A stretch of 64,000 nucleotides of DNA from Marsupella aquatica (Eukaryota; Plantae; Marchantiophyta): the NCBI GenBank assembly GCA_973895155.1, contig OZ316893.1:20464857-20528856 (forward strand), given 5' to 3'. The number at the start of each line of letters is the position of its first letter. Position 1 is the stretch's first letter. The notes beneath the pieces were generated by a model. That model was not told the DNA's origin. It made no database searches and saw only the letters and a list, made by a program, of their open reading frames with translations. Both the position numbers and the translations under genes were made by a program. Shown here one piece after another: positions 36,546-48,447 of this stretch.

Positions 36546-37454
36546 AGATAAATTTCATTACTGTTTGACGTACTCTTAAGAATTGTATGTACAATCATAA
36601 GCCGGAACTTCAATGCCTCAGCTTACAGGGGATGTTCCTGACTGAATCGTTTTCCTTCAATCATCAGTTCGATGTGTCCATAACCCCACCGACACTCATG
36701 CACACTTTGCAGCTCCAAAGACGAAGCTCATGGACTGCGAAGAATGCGTGATCATGGCGAGGAATTAATCAATTGAAATAGTTTCTGTTTCGGCAGCAAA
36801 CCTGCCTGTCCGCTTGAAATAAATACTACAATTTCGCTGCCTCAAATGCCTCTAGAATTGCCCTCCATCCAAGCTTTGCACAACTGTTGAGACATACTTT
36901 CCCTAAGCTCTTCAAGAGGCCCCAGGATTCGCTAGACAAGCTTAGCAGTCGTGTGCAAGTGCCCCAGTCACCCAATCCCGTCTTGCATCCATATCATAAT
37001 TATCATCAGAAAAGGCAGCCTCCGTGGCCAGCTCATCCATGAAATACAGATACGCTTTCAGTAGATACGGAGGAAATAACCGGCGAATAGTCGAGTACCA
37101 CATGCGAATGTAAGACAGTTTCAATCTCCCTTGCCCAGACAAAAATAGAAAGGGTGGAGGAGAAGAGGCTCTCCCTCCACATCGATTCCTTCGGTTGTCA
37201 TGTTTTTCCTCCATGTGATGAGCTGAGAAGAAATAGATCAGCGTTACATGAAATTCGCCCAGCGTACTTTCATTGATCTTCAAGAAAGGATCCCGGATTA
37301 TGATACAGGGTCATTCATAGTAAGTGGAGCAGAGCAGAAAATCTGCATGACTGTCCAATCGTGATGGCCATGTTGCCCGACATGTGCGGGGTAAGGTTGG
37401 CTCGTCGTAGTTTTAGAGCCAAAATAGACGAGCTTAAAAATGAACACTCAGCAA

Positions 37455-39686
37455 TCATGCGTGCCAAGCAGAGGCTGCATATAGGGGTGTTTCTTGCCAA
37501 GCGAGGGTGAGACAGCCACTTCCTTCGTTTAATCGATACCCCTCACACTGATAACTGCCAAGGAGTCTTTTGGCCTGCATGACCGTCGAATAACTGAGAG
37601 GTAATCCACTGAACCCAGCCCTCCGCAATCTGACCTTCCACTTGTCCAACTTTTCGTGCCTTTCCACTCTCTCCAATCCTTCGCAAGCGACAATATTTTT
37701 AATCTCAACTCCAAAGAGATGCTTCTCCAGAGTAACCCGTTCCAGGCCGAAATGCTGTGGGAGCGTGGAATCGAGGGAGTCGAACAACGCACAATAGTAG
37801 TGCAATGCCTGCACGAATCTTTCTTCCAGACGATTGCTGTTGTGATTGGATTCCTGCTCGACAACAACCATCACTTTCGGAGCTAATAGTTTCACCATTT
37901 TGAGCACCTTGTCCATCACCAACGCTTGAGCAGCCTCTGCTTTTAGGGGCTTCGATGTTCCAATTGCTGGTCCTCCTCCGCCAGGTAAAGAACTCGTCCT
38001 CTCCCTATCCACAACTTCGCTTCGTACTTCCGAATTTCCAAGCTGTGGTCTGGCCACTTGAGTATCTTGACTGTCCTGAGTATTACCTTCAGAGACGACC
38101 GAGCTCGCTCCCTTGGGTGGAGATCCTGCGGAATTTTTCCGCGGCTGATGATCTTCGCCATCGCTGGCCTCTCTGCTTCTCTTCAGCCCCCTGCTGTCCC
38201 TCGGCTCGGCTGAAACAGCACCAGTAGCAGGGGCAACTGCAGCCACATCTGACTTTTGCTCGCCGTTCTCCACTCGTTCAAATGTTCCTCCCCCTGTACT
38301 ACGGAACACAGCCCTCGCCTTGCTGCCGTTAACAACACCATTGACAATTTCTCCTTTGGGTACTTCCGGCTCTACGGCAGTAGCTCCACCAGCTGCTGGT
38401 TCGGGGCCTGTTGCATACCCTCCATTTGCGCGTTGTGGTTGCGGTTGCTCATCCTCTTCGTAAAGCAGTAAGTGCAACCGCATAACAGAGCTGACTGCCA
38501 CAGCCTCTCCCGGCCTCACTTTCAGCATCTCAATAGTGACGTCATCGAGCTTCGCGACCACGGGAAGAAACTGAAAGGGGATGTCAAGTCTATCTGCCTC
38601 TTCCGTGAGCCGCTGCCCCATCTGTTCCAGGACATCCTTTTTCTCACTAATGCCTGATATCTTGAGCAGCGGAGGGCCTCCAGGTCGAGCTCGCAAAGCT
38701 TGTAAGAGGGCGAGCCACTGAACGGCGTCCGCTGCCTGCAGATCGATGATGTGCACAATTCTCTCGCCTTCCATGGAATCCAAAATTGCCTGATTGATCG
38801 TCAGAAACGCAAACTTGAGGTACGGGCACATGTTGAAGAACACCTGCCGTGCAGATAGCACCTCCACCGTGGACGGATACTGTGTGGAATGGAGAGCTTT
38901 GAATACTCCCGGCCAGGACCTAGTGATGCGCGCTGCCAGACCCTCCATGAAGTACGACGCCACTCGCTGCATTGAATCCCCTGTCAAGGAAGCCAGAAAT
39001 GAGAGCTGCTCCAGGCACAGGTTGGTGTATTCCATATTGCCATTGGCCACAGCATGCGCACAGGAGAGGAGGAGCTGAATGAGATAAAGGCCCCGCTCCT
39101 CGGACTTGAGTTCCTGCAGATTCGGGTGCTGGATTTGTTGTTGAAGGCCATGTCGTTGTTGTTGCTGATGTATTTGTTGTTGTTGATGCAGCTGGTGGAC
39201 ATTGCTGGCCTGATGTTGATGCTGAGGCTGCGGCTGCTGTTGCACTTCCACCGTGGAAGACTGAGGGGACATGCCGGTCGGTGCTGCTGCTGCTGCTGAC
39301 GACGGAGGAGACGCGGACGACCTTGTCGCTACTACATTAGAATGAGGGGGAGCCGAGGAGGTCGTCGACCAGGCGGATTCCCGGTTATTAAATTGGTTGT
39401 TGTGTTGGGGAGGCGCAGAAGAGGACTGATGCGAGAGGGAGGAATGCGAGAGTCCGGAGGCGCCACCACCTGCAACTTCTGGTTCTTGTTTCATTCCTGG
39501 CATCTTCCCGGAACGAGAAGAGCCCAAGGACAGGGTGTCATCAAAAGAAGACTCCACGGTAGCGGCCCCTTCTCCTCCTCCACCTCCGCTGTCACCCCTG
39601 CCTGAACTTAATGCTGTTCGTTTGGCCCCCGCAACCGTCTTGCCGTTCTTCCTCTTCCTCCGCGAAGAAGTTGACGAGACTTGCAT
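37455..39686 (-). CDS. SCL3: GRAS transcription factor, SCL3 subfamily; intronless CDS, probable ATG at 39686
   Basis: EERGLYLIQLLLSCA, GDSMQRVASYFMEGLAARI..SWPG, VHIID, KVMVVVEQESNHN, IKNIVACEG.ERVERHE, terminal SAW. The ORF-track extension to 39971 crosses a 5' UTR intron acceptor at ~39839. Confidence 0.92.
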   Translation of the reverse strand: MQVSSTSSRRKRKNGKTVAGAKRTALSSGRGDSGGGGGEGAATVESSFDDTLSLGSSRSGKMPGMKQEPEVAGGGASGLSHSSLSHQSSSAPPQHNNQFNNRESAWSTTSSAPPHSNVVATRSSASPPSSAAAAAPTGMSPQSSTVEVQQQPQPQHQHQASNVHQLHQQQQIHQQQQRHGLQQQIQHPNLQELKSEERGLYLIQLLLSCAHAVANGNMEYTNLCLEQLSFLASLTGDSMQRVASYFMEGLAARITRSWPGVFKALHSTQYPSTVEVLSARQVFFNMCPYLKFAFLTINQAILDSMEGERIVHIIDLQAADAVQWLALLQALRARPGGPPLLKISGISEKKDVLEQMGQRLTEEADRLDIPFQFLPVVAKLDDVTIEMLKVRPGEAVAVSSVMRLHLLLYEEDEQPQPQRANGGYATGPEPAAGGATAVEPEVPKGEIVNGVVNGSKARAVFRSTGGGTFERVENGEQKSDVAAVAPATGAVSAEPRDSRGLKRSREASDGEDHQPRKNSAGSPPKGASSVVSEGNTQDSQDTQVARPQLGNSEVRSEVVDRERTSSLPGGGGPAIGTSKPLKAEAAQALVMDKVLKMVKLLAPKVMVVVEQESNHNSNRLEERFVQALHYYCALFDSLDSTLPQHFGLERVTLEKHLFGVEIKNIVACEGLERVERHEKLDKWKVRLRRAGFSGLPLSYSTVMQAKRLLGSYQCEGYRLNEGSGCLTLAWQETPLYAASAWHA

Positions 39687-39834
39687 CAAAGGAGACGTTG
39701 TGGAACGCAGATGCTGTGTATAATTGCGCCCTTCGTTCCGTCCTTTCTTTCGTCCTCCTCCTGCTGTCCTAATAGTAACCCAACCAACAAAACAGACCGA
39801 AACATCAGAAGACCGTCCAGTCTGTGAGGTACAT
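39686..39834 (-). promoter_or_regulatory. Two chained upstream ORFs (9 aa and 39 aa) in the GRAS 5' leader
   Basis: uORF1 39834-39805 MYLTDWTVF*; uORF2 39805-39686 MFRSVLLVGLLLGQQEEDERKDGTKGAIIHSICVPQRLL*. Both junctions are TGATG. Confidence 0.6.
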
Positions 39835-40224
39835 TTTCCTGACAGAAAAAAAAAAAAAAAGAGAATAGGCATCTCTCTCTCTCTCTCTCTCTCTCTCAAT
39901 TGAGTATCTCGTACGGAAAGGTTGCGACAGCTCTCTCGTCCAATTGGTTTCCTATCAATCAAATAGTCCATTCTACATACAGTAAAGCCCGATACAATCC
40001 CAGGCGACAGTCAGTACAATACCAGGTGACTAGCCAGTGATTCTCAGTCTCAACGTCATCTGCATAGATAGAGCTCGATCGATGCCCCTCCGCATAAGCC
40101 TAAAGGGAATGCGCCCTGTGCCATTACCCCTCGCGGCAATAACAATCTGCTCCTGCTCCCTACTCACAAAATTGCAGTATTTGTCCCAGTGATGTAACGG
40201 GCGGGAGGTCCCAACGCCCATAGG

Positions 40225-40227
<3 letters not shown>

Positions 40228-40273
<46 letters not shown>
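40228..40273. repeat. Compound microsatellite (CT)~16 directly followed by (CG)~7; another (TC)n at ~39873-39897
   Basis: Directly visible in the GRAS 5' region. Confidence 0.9.
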
Positions 40274-41739
40274 CAGTCAATTTGCGGCCCTGGAATGTTT
40301 TCACACTAGCAAAGCCAGAGATCGCACGGTGCTTTGCAGATGAGATTTTCAGTTTCGATATATGCCTTACCTGAGAGGTGGCTGGTTTACTTGACTTCAC
40401 GTCACTTCACGTCACTTCCCTGCACTACTAGATCAATCAGTACATAGCGCACATCTCGCCCAATACGACGGTCTTCTCTTCTCATGCCTTCGCTCGCTCG
40501 ATTGCTCACCCCTCGCTCATACGTGTCTGCACCACGCAGTCACGTTGTCTTCTTGTCCGTCTCTTCTTCCTCCTCCGCTTCGTCCTCTTCCCGAGATTTC
40601 GTTTTATCTCCAACAACGCAACTTGTTGCCCAGCCCGTCCGTCCTTCGCGCCCCCCTACCTAAAATACCGTCCGCAATCGCAATCACTGCAATCGAGACC
40701 TGGAACGCAATTAGACCTCTACGGTACGGTACGACTTTAGCGCACTGGCTGTGTGACTCCACGAACCGGCGTGCAGCAGCAGCACTGCATCCATCACCAG
40801 ACCAGTGCACTCATCATAAAACCAAAGAGCGAAGAGCTGTGGCGTAATCTGCATTTGCCACTCCTCCATCACCGTTGGTGCGATCCGGAGCCCGTTCAGT
40901 CGAGATACCCCGTCACGCACATGCCTGCTTGTCGATTCCGCAAGCTTTACCGTAAAAAGCCTCTCCAAGCGTTCGATTCATCGCCATAGTTTCTTCCTCC
41001 CAGCCTCTCTCTCACGCAGCTGCTTGTCGATTCTGATGAAAAAGCCGTCCACCTGGGAAGTATGGTGACAAGCGAAGAAGGACACTTCCGCACTTCACTC
41101 CAAACCGCACCCCGAGCCTCTACCCCGCCACAGCCACCAATGCGGACCTACGGCTTCCCCCTAACCGAGCCTGACCCGAGCCTACCGGTCCCTGCTTGTC
41201 CAGTCCTCGTGGTCAATGCTGCTCCGAGTTCCAAAACACACGCTTCGCATCGCGTTTCGCAGCGTCGTTTCGAGAGCCCTCCATCACACAGGACAGTCCA
41301 GCCTTTGGACCTTATGGCTCTGTCCCTTTGGCACCTTGCGGGCCCGTATTGTACCTCCATGACGTCCAGTACTTTATCGAGCCCGCTGGTCCGCGTTGGA
41401 CCTTACGGCCCCGTCTGCACCTCATGGGCCTGGACCTTTTATGGCCCTGTCATTGGAACAGACCAGGACTGTACCTCCTTTTCACCTCTGAACAGGTTGG
41501 ACCTTTTTGGGGGGACCTTTTTCCACGTACGTCCTTGTCGTCTTATGAACCTTTGGAACTTTTCAGGGCCATATTTATTTATTTATTTATCTATGTACTT
41601 ATATATTTATATACAATAAACAAATAATTATAGCCCTCTGAGACGCTGGTTGTTTTATTTGACCTTCCTATCAGAGTTTTTTCAGTGGCCCAAACTTGCT
41701 AGATTCCTCTCTTCCAAGTCCGGGCCACTTTTGCCTTTT

Positions 41740-41982
41740 ACTTGAAGGGGTATTTTTATAAATTTTAGACCGCAAAAGCCCCTTGGCAGGGAGAACAAGC
41801 GAGGCCAACGAGCCACAATGCCCACAGGGCGGCCAGGAAAAAGGGAGCCGTAAGAGAAGAGAACCCAAAAGGAACCAAGAGAACCACAACACAGAGCCCA
41901 GCAAGCTGCCCATCAACCCAGATTGGCCCAAACCCCAAATAGGGGAAGGGGGAGGGGGGGGGGCTACAACCATACTCCCCCA
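41740..41982 (-). mobile_element. Short retroposed insertion (5'-truncated non-LTR 3' end) with an 18-bp TSD
   Basis: Flanked by GGGCCACTTTTGC(C/T)TTTT at 41722-41739 and 41983-42000. Minus strand is GT/CT-rich like the CRE 3' UTR. Confidence 0.72.
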
Positions 41983-43569
41983 GGGCCACTTTTGCTTTTT
42001 GTTTTCCATGAGCAAGTTTCACACCTATATAGTCAGTGGGTTCCTGTAGCCATGTGGCATGTCAGTATTGGCTAGCCTTAACCCCCCTCAGCCCCCCTTG
42101 CCCGCTGCATTTTCCTGGGTAGAAATGAGGGCCAAAGTGTTGGGTTTTAGTGAGAGGAATGTGGAGTAATAATGACATATTCTTGCCCCTCCCCGGACCT
42201 GCAATTGTGCCCTGCAAGGGGTAAAGGGGAGAATCTCAATTAGAGAAGTCACAGGGGACCCAACCAAAGCTGTGTCCCAATAAATGCAGACACTGGAGAG
42301 TGTACTCTATCACTGCATACCATGATAAACTGAATTATTCTGTTTATATCAGTGAATGTTATTCATATTACATCATATAGGATGGTATGTTCAGCAATCT
42401 ATTCCAAGTTTCTGGAAGGGCAGAACTGCGAATTTGTTGTTATCTGCTTCGCCCTAACAAAAATAATAATTTGAAAAATTGGTGTGGGTGCTAGAATTTG
42501 ACATTCCAAAAATGGTGGAGAGAAAATTTGTGTGCCCTAGTGAAATAATGTGTTAGTTCAAAATGCCGTAAAAACCTTCTTTATTTTTACATCCGCAAGG
42601 ACATGCTTTAAAGTACATCTATGCCTCACTTGCACACTTAGTTATTACGCTATATGTGGACAATTAGCTTATTGTACTGATACAGTGATAGATTTTCATC
42701 CCTAATTTTCCTTCTTTGTAGGGTTTTGGGGTTTGCATTTGCCCTCTTCTTGAGTTTGTCCTCTCTAGATACTTTTTACCTTTACTCCATTGTATTTTGT
42801 TTGGCACTTTTTAGTAAAACGGTCCTTTTATGGCTCAAGATTCAAGAATCAGATTGCCAAAAACTTTTAATGCCAACATGGTTTCTGGCCAGCACAAGCT
42901 GCTCTGCACGTTCAGCAAGTTTCCAGATGAGCTTTTTAAACCTGCAGGAAAACACGCATGACCTTTGCAGATAGGTGTAGTATCTTGAAATTGTCAGCAA
43001 ACTTGTCAGCCGGGAATGGTGGGAAAAGCTTTTCCAGCCACTCGCATCGTTGCAAGCAAATGTACGATTAATATTTTGCAGTGGCCAATCATGAAGCTGA
43101 TTACAAGCACTGTATAAAGCTCCGGTTCTGGGTTGCAATGCAGACATACGCGTTTTAAACGATTCAGCCATTTAATTATTCCATCGTAATGTACAGATGC
43201 AGGACTTGGACCACAAGTAGACAAAAGGTTGTTCTAAGCATGCCATGAGCAAAAAGGAGTACAGGCAATGAAATGAGAAGCACACCATCAACGCCTTCAA
43301 GATGTACATGAAAATGCAAAGGAGCTGAGCGCTCTACCTTAGTGGTAACTTGGTTTCTGATTCTGAATGGCCAAAAATAACTTTTATTTGCTTGCGGGCT
43401 TTCAGGGCGGTCTTAAAAATTCTTCCCAGCCAATTTTTTTTCTTCATCTACCTTTTCCTGTATTTGGCTTATAGCTACTGTAGCAAAACCACTATGCCTG
43501 TTTCAAGAAATAACACCATTTTTAGGGGGCATCTTAAGTCACATTAAGTTTTCCAGGCTGTTGTGTCTA

Positions 43570-44046
43570 CACTCATTACCGTAATTAATCTCACACACAG
43601 TATTTGGGAACAAAGGTTTTTGAAAGCTGTCACCATAATTAATGTGTGTGAGACTATATAAGAAGTGAGATTAAATACATGTTATTCTAAATTAGAGTAA
43701 GTGAGATTATTTTTGGTGGCACTCAATTAGTGTGTGATGAACACATATTATGTATATAGCTTATGAAAACTACAAATATTTCTAGTAGTAAGATATATTT
43801 GCACTGGCATATAAAATTAAAAATGAATGTCAATTAAAAGTCAGATTTCATTAAAGTATGATGAAATGAAAACCAGGTTATAAATACAATCAAAATCAAA
43901 TTAGAACGAATGACAATAGACTGAACTCTCTACTTCTACTAATATTTATATTTTTTCAGATTTGTAGTCACACCCTTATTAGTGTGTGTGATACTATTTA
44001 TGCAGGGAGACTATATAAGTTATGATACTAATTACGGTAAACAGTG
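43570..44046. mobile_element. Tc1/mariner-pogo-type MITE with TA TSD
   Basis: TA|CACTCATTACCGTAATTA...TAATTACGGTAAACAGTG|TA; AT-rich interior. Confidence 0.8.
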
Positions 44047-44301
44047 TAGCATCTAATTTACTCCCCATTTTCTTAAACTGCACTTGGCCTCAATAATGGC
44101 TTTCTTAACAACGTACATGTGTGATGGACCCCCTGGCTGGAAAAATTGATGGGATGGCCTTATGTGGTGCCTAATTGCGCATTTCCCTTTGTAATCCACC
44201 CTACACCTCATCATAGTCCATTGCATGCATCCCAACTGCCAACTGCCAACAACCCAGTCTACCATGCGGTTCCAAATAAGCTACCAACATATATGCTTTA
44301 A

Positions 44302-44654
44302 TGTTAGGCATCTTCTCTTGGTTCCACAGTAACTACTCTAACCATCATTAGGCTAACCATAGTCAAGTGCTTGGTTAGGTTAGCCAGGCTGTGCACTTAT
44401 ACCCTAGCAAGACATTGTTAGTTATAGGAACTCAAGCTCATTGTTATAGAGTCAATGAGAGATAAAGAGAACTCTTTCTATGGAGACTTGGTATGACTAA
44501 TGGGCTTAGAGTATAGTAAAGTTTGTGCATCTTCCTATGGATGTAACCTCAAGGAGATTAACTATGTATCTCTTGTGTCAATTATTTGTTCATTGGATGG
44601 TCACATGTGATGGTCACGTGTGCCTGCTCTCATGAGTACTAACCATGCTCAGCA
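44302..44654 (+). mobile_element. Old, diverged solo LTR of the same copia family
   Basis: TGTTAGG...ATGCTCAGCA ends; internal GTATCTCTTGTGTC and GCTCATTGTTA; flanks TTTAA/TTAAA (4/5 TSD match). Confidence 0.75.
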
Positions 44655-44699
44655 TTAAACACCTAATGAACTTTCTATACATATGAATTTGAATCACTA

Positions 44700-45500
44700 T
44701 TTGAGACCCCATTGTTGGCTACTAGCCCTGTCGTTGGCCAAAATTGCACTTCACTCCAAGTGAAACTAGTCCATAATTCATTGGGTAGCCCTGGGTCTGA
44801 AATTTACAAGTGTATAAAATGCCAGATATCTGGACCAGATATCAAAAACATTGAGATTGCATGTACATTGCATCAGGAACAAGGACCCCATTAGATAAGC
44901 TCACTTTGGAGCAATAGCAATTGGCATGGGATGACCGCCCACAAAATTTGTGCTATGCAACAATTTTGCCACTCCAATCCCGTGACCAGCAGCACAACTT
45001 TTTCACGTACAAGCAAGCTTCCCTTGCTCCAACTCCGCCCTCACAGATCTTGTAACCCCACAGCCTACTTTGCCTTGAAGTTTCATTATAGAGCTATTCT
45101 TGCCCACTACACCAGTTCCAAGTCAGGATTTAGCAACATTTGGGCCTGTGAAGCAGCTAGTTCCTTCACCAAGAACATTAGGGAACATGTTATTGGACAG
45201 TCTCCTTCAAATCCATGCCTTGACTGTCAATGTGCAGCACATGTCTGTTAATGTGCTCAAAACCTCAACATTTGATGTGCAAAGGACCCAACAAAGGACC
45301 TATTTCCTTAGTTTGCAAAATAGTCAACATTGCCGCCCCCAACTCATCAATCCAACTACAAACAAACCAAATGTACTTTCAATTGTGCTTCAAGGAATCT
45401 GCAAACCTTACACACAAAACCTGGCCACCCACACTGTACCTACCAAGCTTTGTGCTCAAATGGCTCAACATCAAAAGATGGCCTTTTGAGCCACCACAAA
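44700..45500 (-). pseudogene. Possible highly degraded hAT (DUF659-like) transposase fragment
   Basis: Broken minus-strand frames give IDELGA, TCAAH and GVTR in the order expected for IEEVG..CAAH..TRF. Weak. Confidence 0.25.
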
Positions 45501-46542
45501 AGGATCTATGAATCCTTCACACACAACACCCTAACCTCTGAGATAGCACACTACAAAATCCCTAAACCTAGATAGCACAATAATCTATCCTACTACTCAG
45601 AATGGTGTGATGGGGGGTATTTTGCTTATTCCAAGAATCACCTCTTTCTTCTCTACTGGTTTTTAAAATTTCTCATAGCAAGAGGGGGCCATTTGGGGTC
45701 TTGATCACTTCTCATCTACGTCTCTCTGGTCCAAAGGTTTAGTATATTTTATCATGCCTGGAGGGGGCCTTTTGTACATTCCCGCTATCATTCCTCATCC
45801 ACTTCTTGTAGGCTTGCAAGTTTGGAATATTTTATTGTGGCAGGAAAGACCATTCAGATTGTCAATCTCATGTACCTCTCTTTGATTTGGAGGTTTAGGA
45901 TATTTAATCCTGGCTGAAAGGGGGGCATTTTGCTCACTCCAGCAATCACCTCTTTCTCATCCACTTCTCTCAAGTTTGCAGGTTGAACAAATCTCCTTGT
46001 GGCAGGAGGGAAATCAATAAGGAGCAACATTGCAAATTTTGAATTGGGAGGGAGCCAGCAGAGACCAAAATTGCTTTGCTTCACGGGATTCTTGTTTGTA
46101 CTTGAAGTGGAGCAAAAATGGCAGCGGACCAATTCTCACATACTAGCAAAGAAACCGTCAATTGCTCAGTTGCAAGTCGTTTATATACTTCACTTTGCCA
46201 TTCATCCTTGGCAGATGTCAAGCTTAATTTAGTGTGGGATTTGAACTAACACTACTATGTGAGATTTGTATAATGTTTGTCAAGGGCTCTTGTATAGCAT
46301 TCAGTTTCTTTGTTGTGCATTTCACTCACTACTCTTTTGAGTATAACTATACCATCATTGACTTATGAGTAAAATCCATCAGTCAATTGATATCATTCCT
46401 GACTTCATCTCAACAAGGTACCCAAGATGTCATGATAAACAAATTTTTTCTTAAAATTTAAGAAATGAGGGAAAAATTGTCGCATCTGTACAATAAGGGT
46501 GCCATTCTTGGCGAGCTCAGCCAAGATTCCCCAACGTCTGTA

Positions 46543-47382
46543 CACTACCGCGCGTTAAATCTATACCGCGTTAATGCTCCCCAATCGTCTTGGGGCCCCG
46601 TACACTGCCCGTCCCAGTTCTCCATGCTGCTGCCCGCTCCGGCCCAAGTTTGCCAGAACATAAACTAAGACACTATCATTTTGTCACCCGCTCCGGCCCA
46701 ATTAATATTGTGCCATCGACTTTAGGTTCATGTTTTGGCACCCTTCACTTTTTTTTGCTCGCTCCGGCCCGATCAACTTTGTGCCATCAACTTCTTCCTT
46801 GTGGAGTTGTGGGTTATGTTTTGGCAACATTTTTGTCCAGCAAAGTCATGCCCGGCTAGGGAGTCATGCTTGCTTCATAAGAGCGTCTAAGTGTTCAAGT
46901 ACAGCCTAGTACTTTGGTTAAGAATCATGATTGACAGAGTCTTAATTACTGTTCTGCCAAATGCTTCTTTTCTATGGAGTTGTGGTTCATGTTCTGGCAA
47001 CACTTCTTTCCAATGGAGTAATCTTTGTTTCATAATAGAGTCTATAAGTATTCAGGCAAAGCCTGGTACTTTGCATGAGAGTCATGATGAATGATAGAGT
47101 ATTGGTTTATGTCGTGGCAAACTTGGGCTGGAGCAGGCAACAGTAATGGGGACTTGGGCCGGAGAGGGGGAACGCAAGTGAAGGGTGCCAAAACATAAAC
47201 TCAAAGTTGATGACACAAAGTTAATCAAGCCAGGGCATGTGACAATATGGTAGAGTTTTGGTTTATGTTCTGGCAAACTCGGGCCGGAGCGGGCAGCAAC
47301 ATCGGGGACTAGGACGGGCAGTGTACGGGGTCCCAACAAGACCGGGGAACATTAACACGGTGTAGATTTAACGTGCGGTCTG
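46543..47382. mobile_element. Non-autonomous DNA transposon with long (~230 bp) TIRs and TA TSD
   Basis: TA|CACTACCGCGCGTTAAATCTATACCG versus CGGTGTAGATTTAACGTGCGGTCTG|TA. Inverted homology runs to ~46775/47155, with internal GCTCCGGCCC motifs. Confidence 0.85.
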
Positions 47383-48447
47383 TAACTGCAAATGCACATT
47401 ATGATAAATGAAGTACAAAGACAAACCCAACACCTGTGGAACAAAATCCTCTACTGCCCTTGGTCCTTCCAATACACACGCATCTTGAAACCTATAGACA
47501 TGAACAATATTGTCTGCACTTCAGTGACATTGAAGCTTGGGCGGTGGTGTCCTGTGTTCCCTTGACGTGCAGTCTGTCTTTCCAGCACGGCTGAGCACAA
47601 TTTCCAACTGTGCTATTTGCGGTTCTAGCATGGTTGACTCCAGTTTTCACAATATCTGCTTTTGGTAATAGTATCAAGCAAAAACCTTATAAAAACTATT
47701 AGAAGAACATCTGTTACTAAGTGTGGGGAGTCCAATCTCCATGAAACCGGGGTCATCATGGCAACTTTTCCAGCCAAGGGTCCATCCAACATATACCTCC
47801 TTTCCCAAACCTTATAGTGTATAGTTAACTACTCTACCTTCCAGTATTGTGAGTGAAACAATTTGTAACTCTCACAATTTACCTCACTATTGACCTCCAC
47901 ATTTCCCGACAAGAGCTCTGCCCCCTCTTAAAAACAATTGAATGTAGCACCTTTTGGTTCCAATAGCCACGCACGACTGTAATACTCTGGCATTTTCTTG
48001 CACTAGAAGACTCTTATAAATGTCAAAATAAAGCTAGATATTCACTCAACAATAGTAAGTTGTCGACGTCAATTATTACTTTCACATGTTGAGTTTACTG
48101 TACATTGACAGAGCTCGCCCTTGACATTAATATATCTAATAAAAACTTATTGTTCTCTTTAGGAACAATTGTCGTTTCAAGATAATAATGTATTCAAAGA
48201 GAACAATAATTTATTTATCTTGTAAGAACATAATTATTAGATTATTAAAAGAACAATAATTATAATATATTCTTACAAGATAACATCATATTCAAATTTC
48301 AGGATAACATGCTTTATATCTACAGTAGATACTTTATTGTGTTTTGGAACTGTGGTATGTACAGTTGTTTGCGCTGGGTGCAAAAATAGGGGTGGAATTA
48401 TATATTTTTATCTTGAACTAGGTTAGGAGTGAAGTATTTGACTATTA

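Noticed and set aside
36865-36890. Possible miR536-like target site downstream of the GRAS gene
   Set aside because: Multiple mismatches opposite the miRNA 5' region.
39687-39971. N-terminal extension of the GRAS ORF (838 aa in the ORF track)
   Set aside because: Runs through (GA)n and poly-T intron sequence with an acceptor at ~39839; likely intron and UTR.
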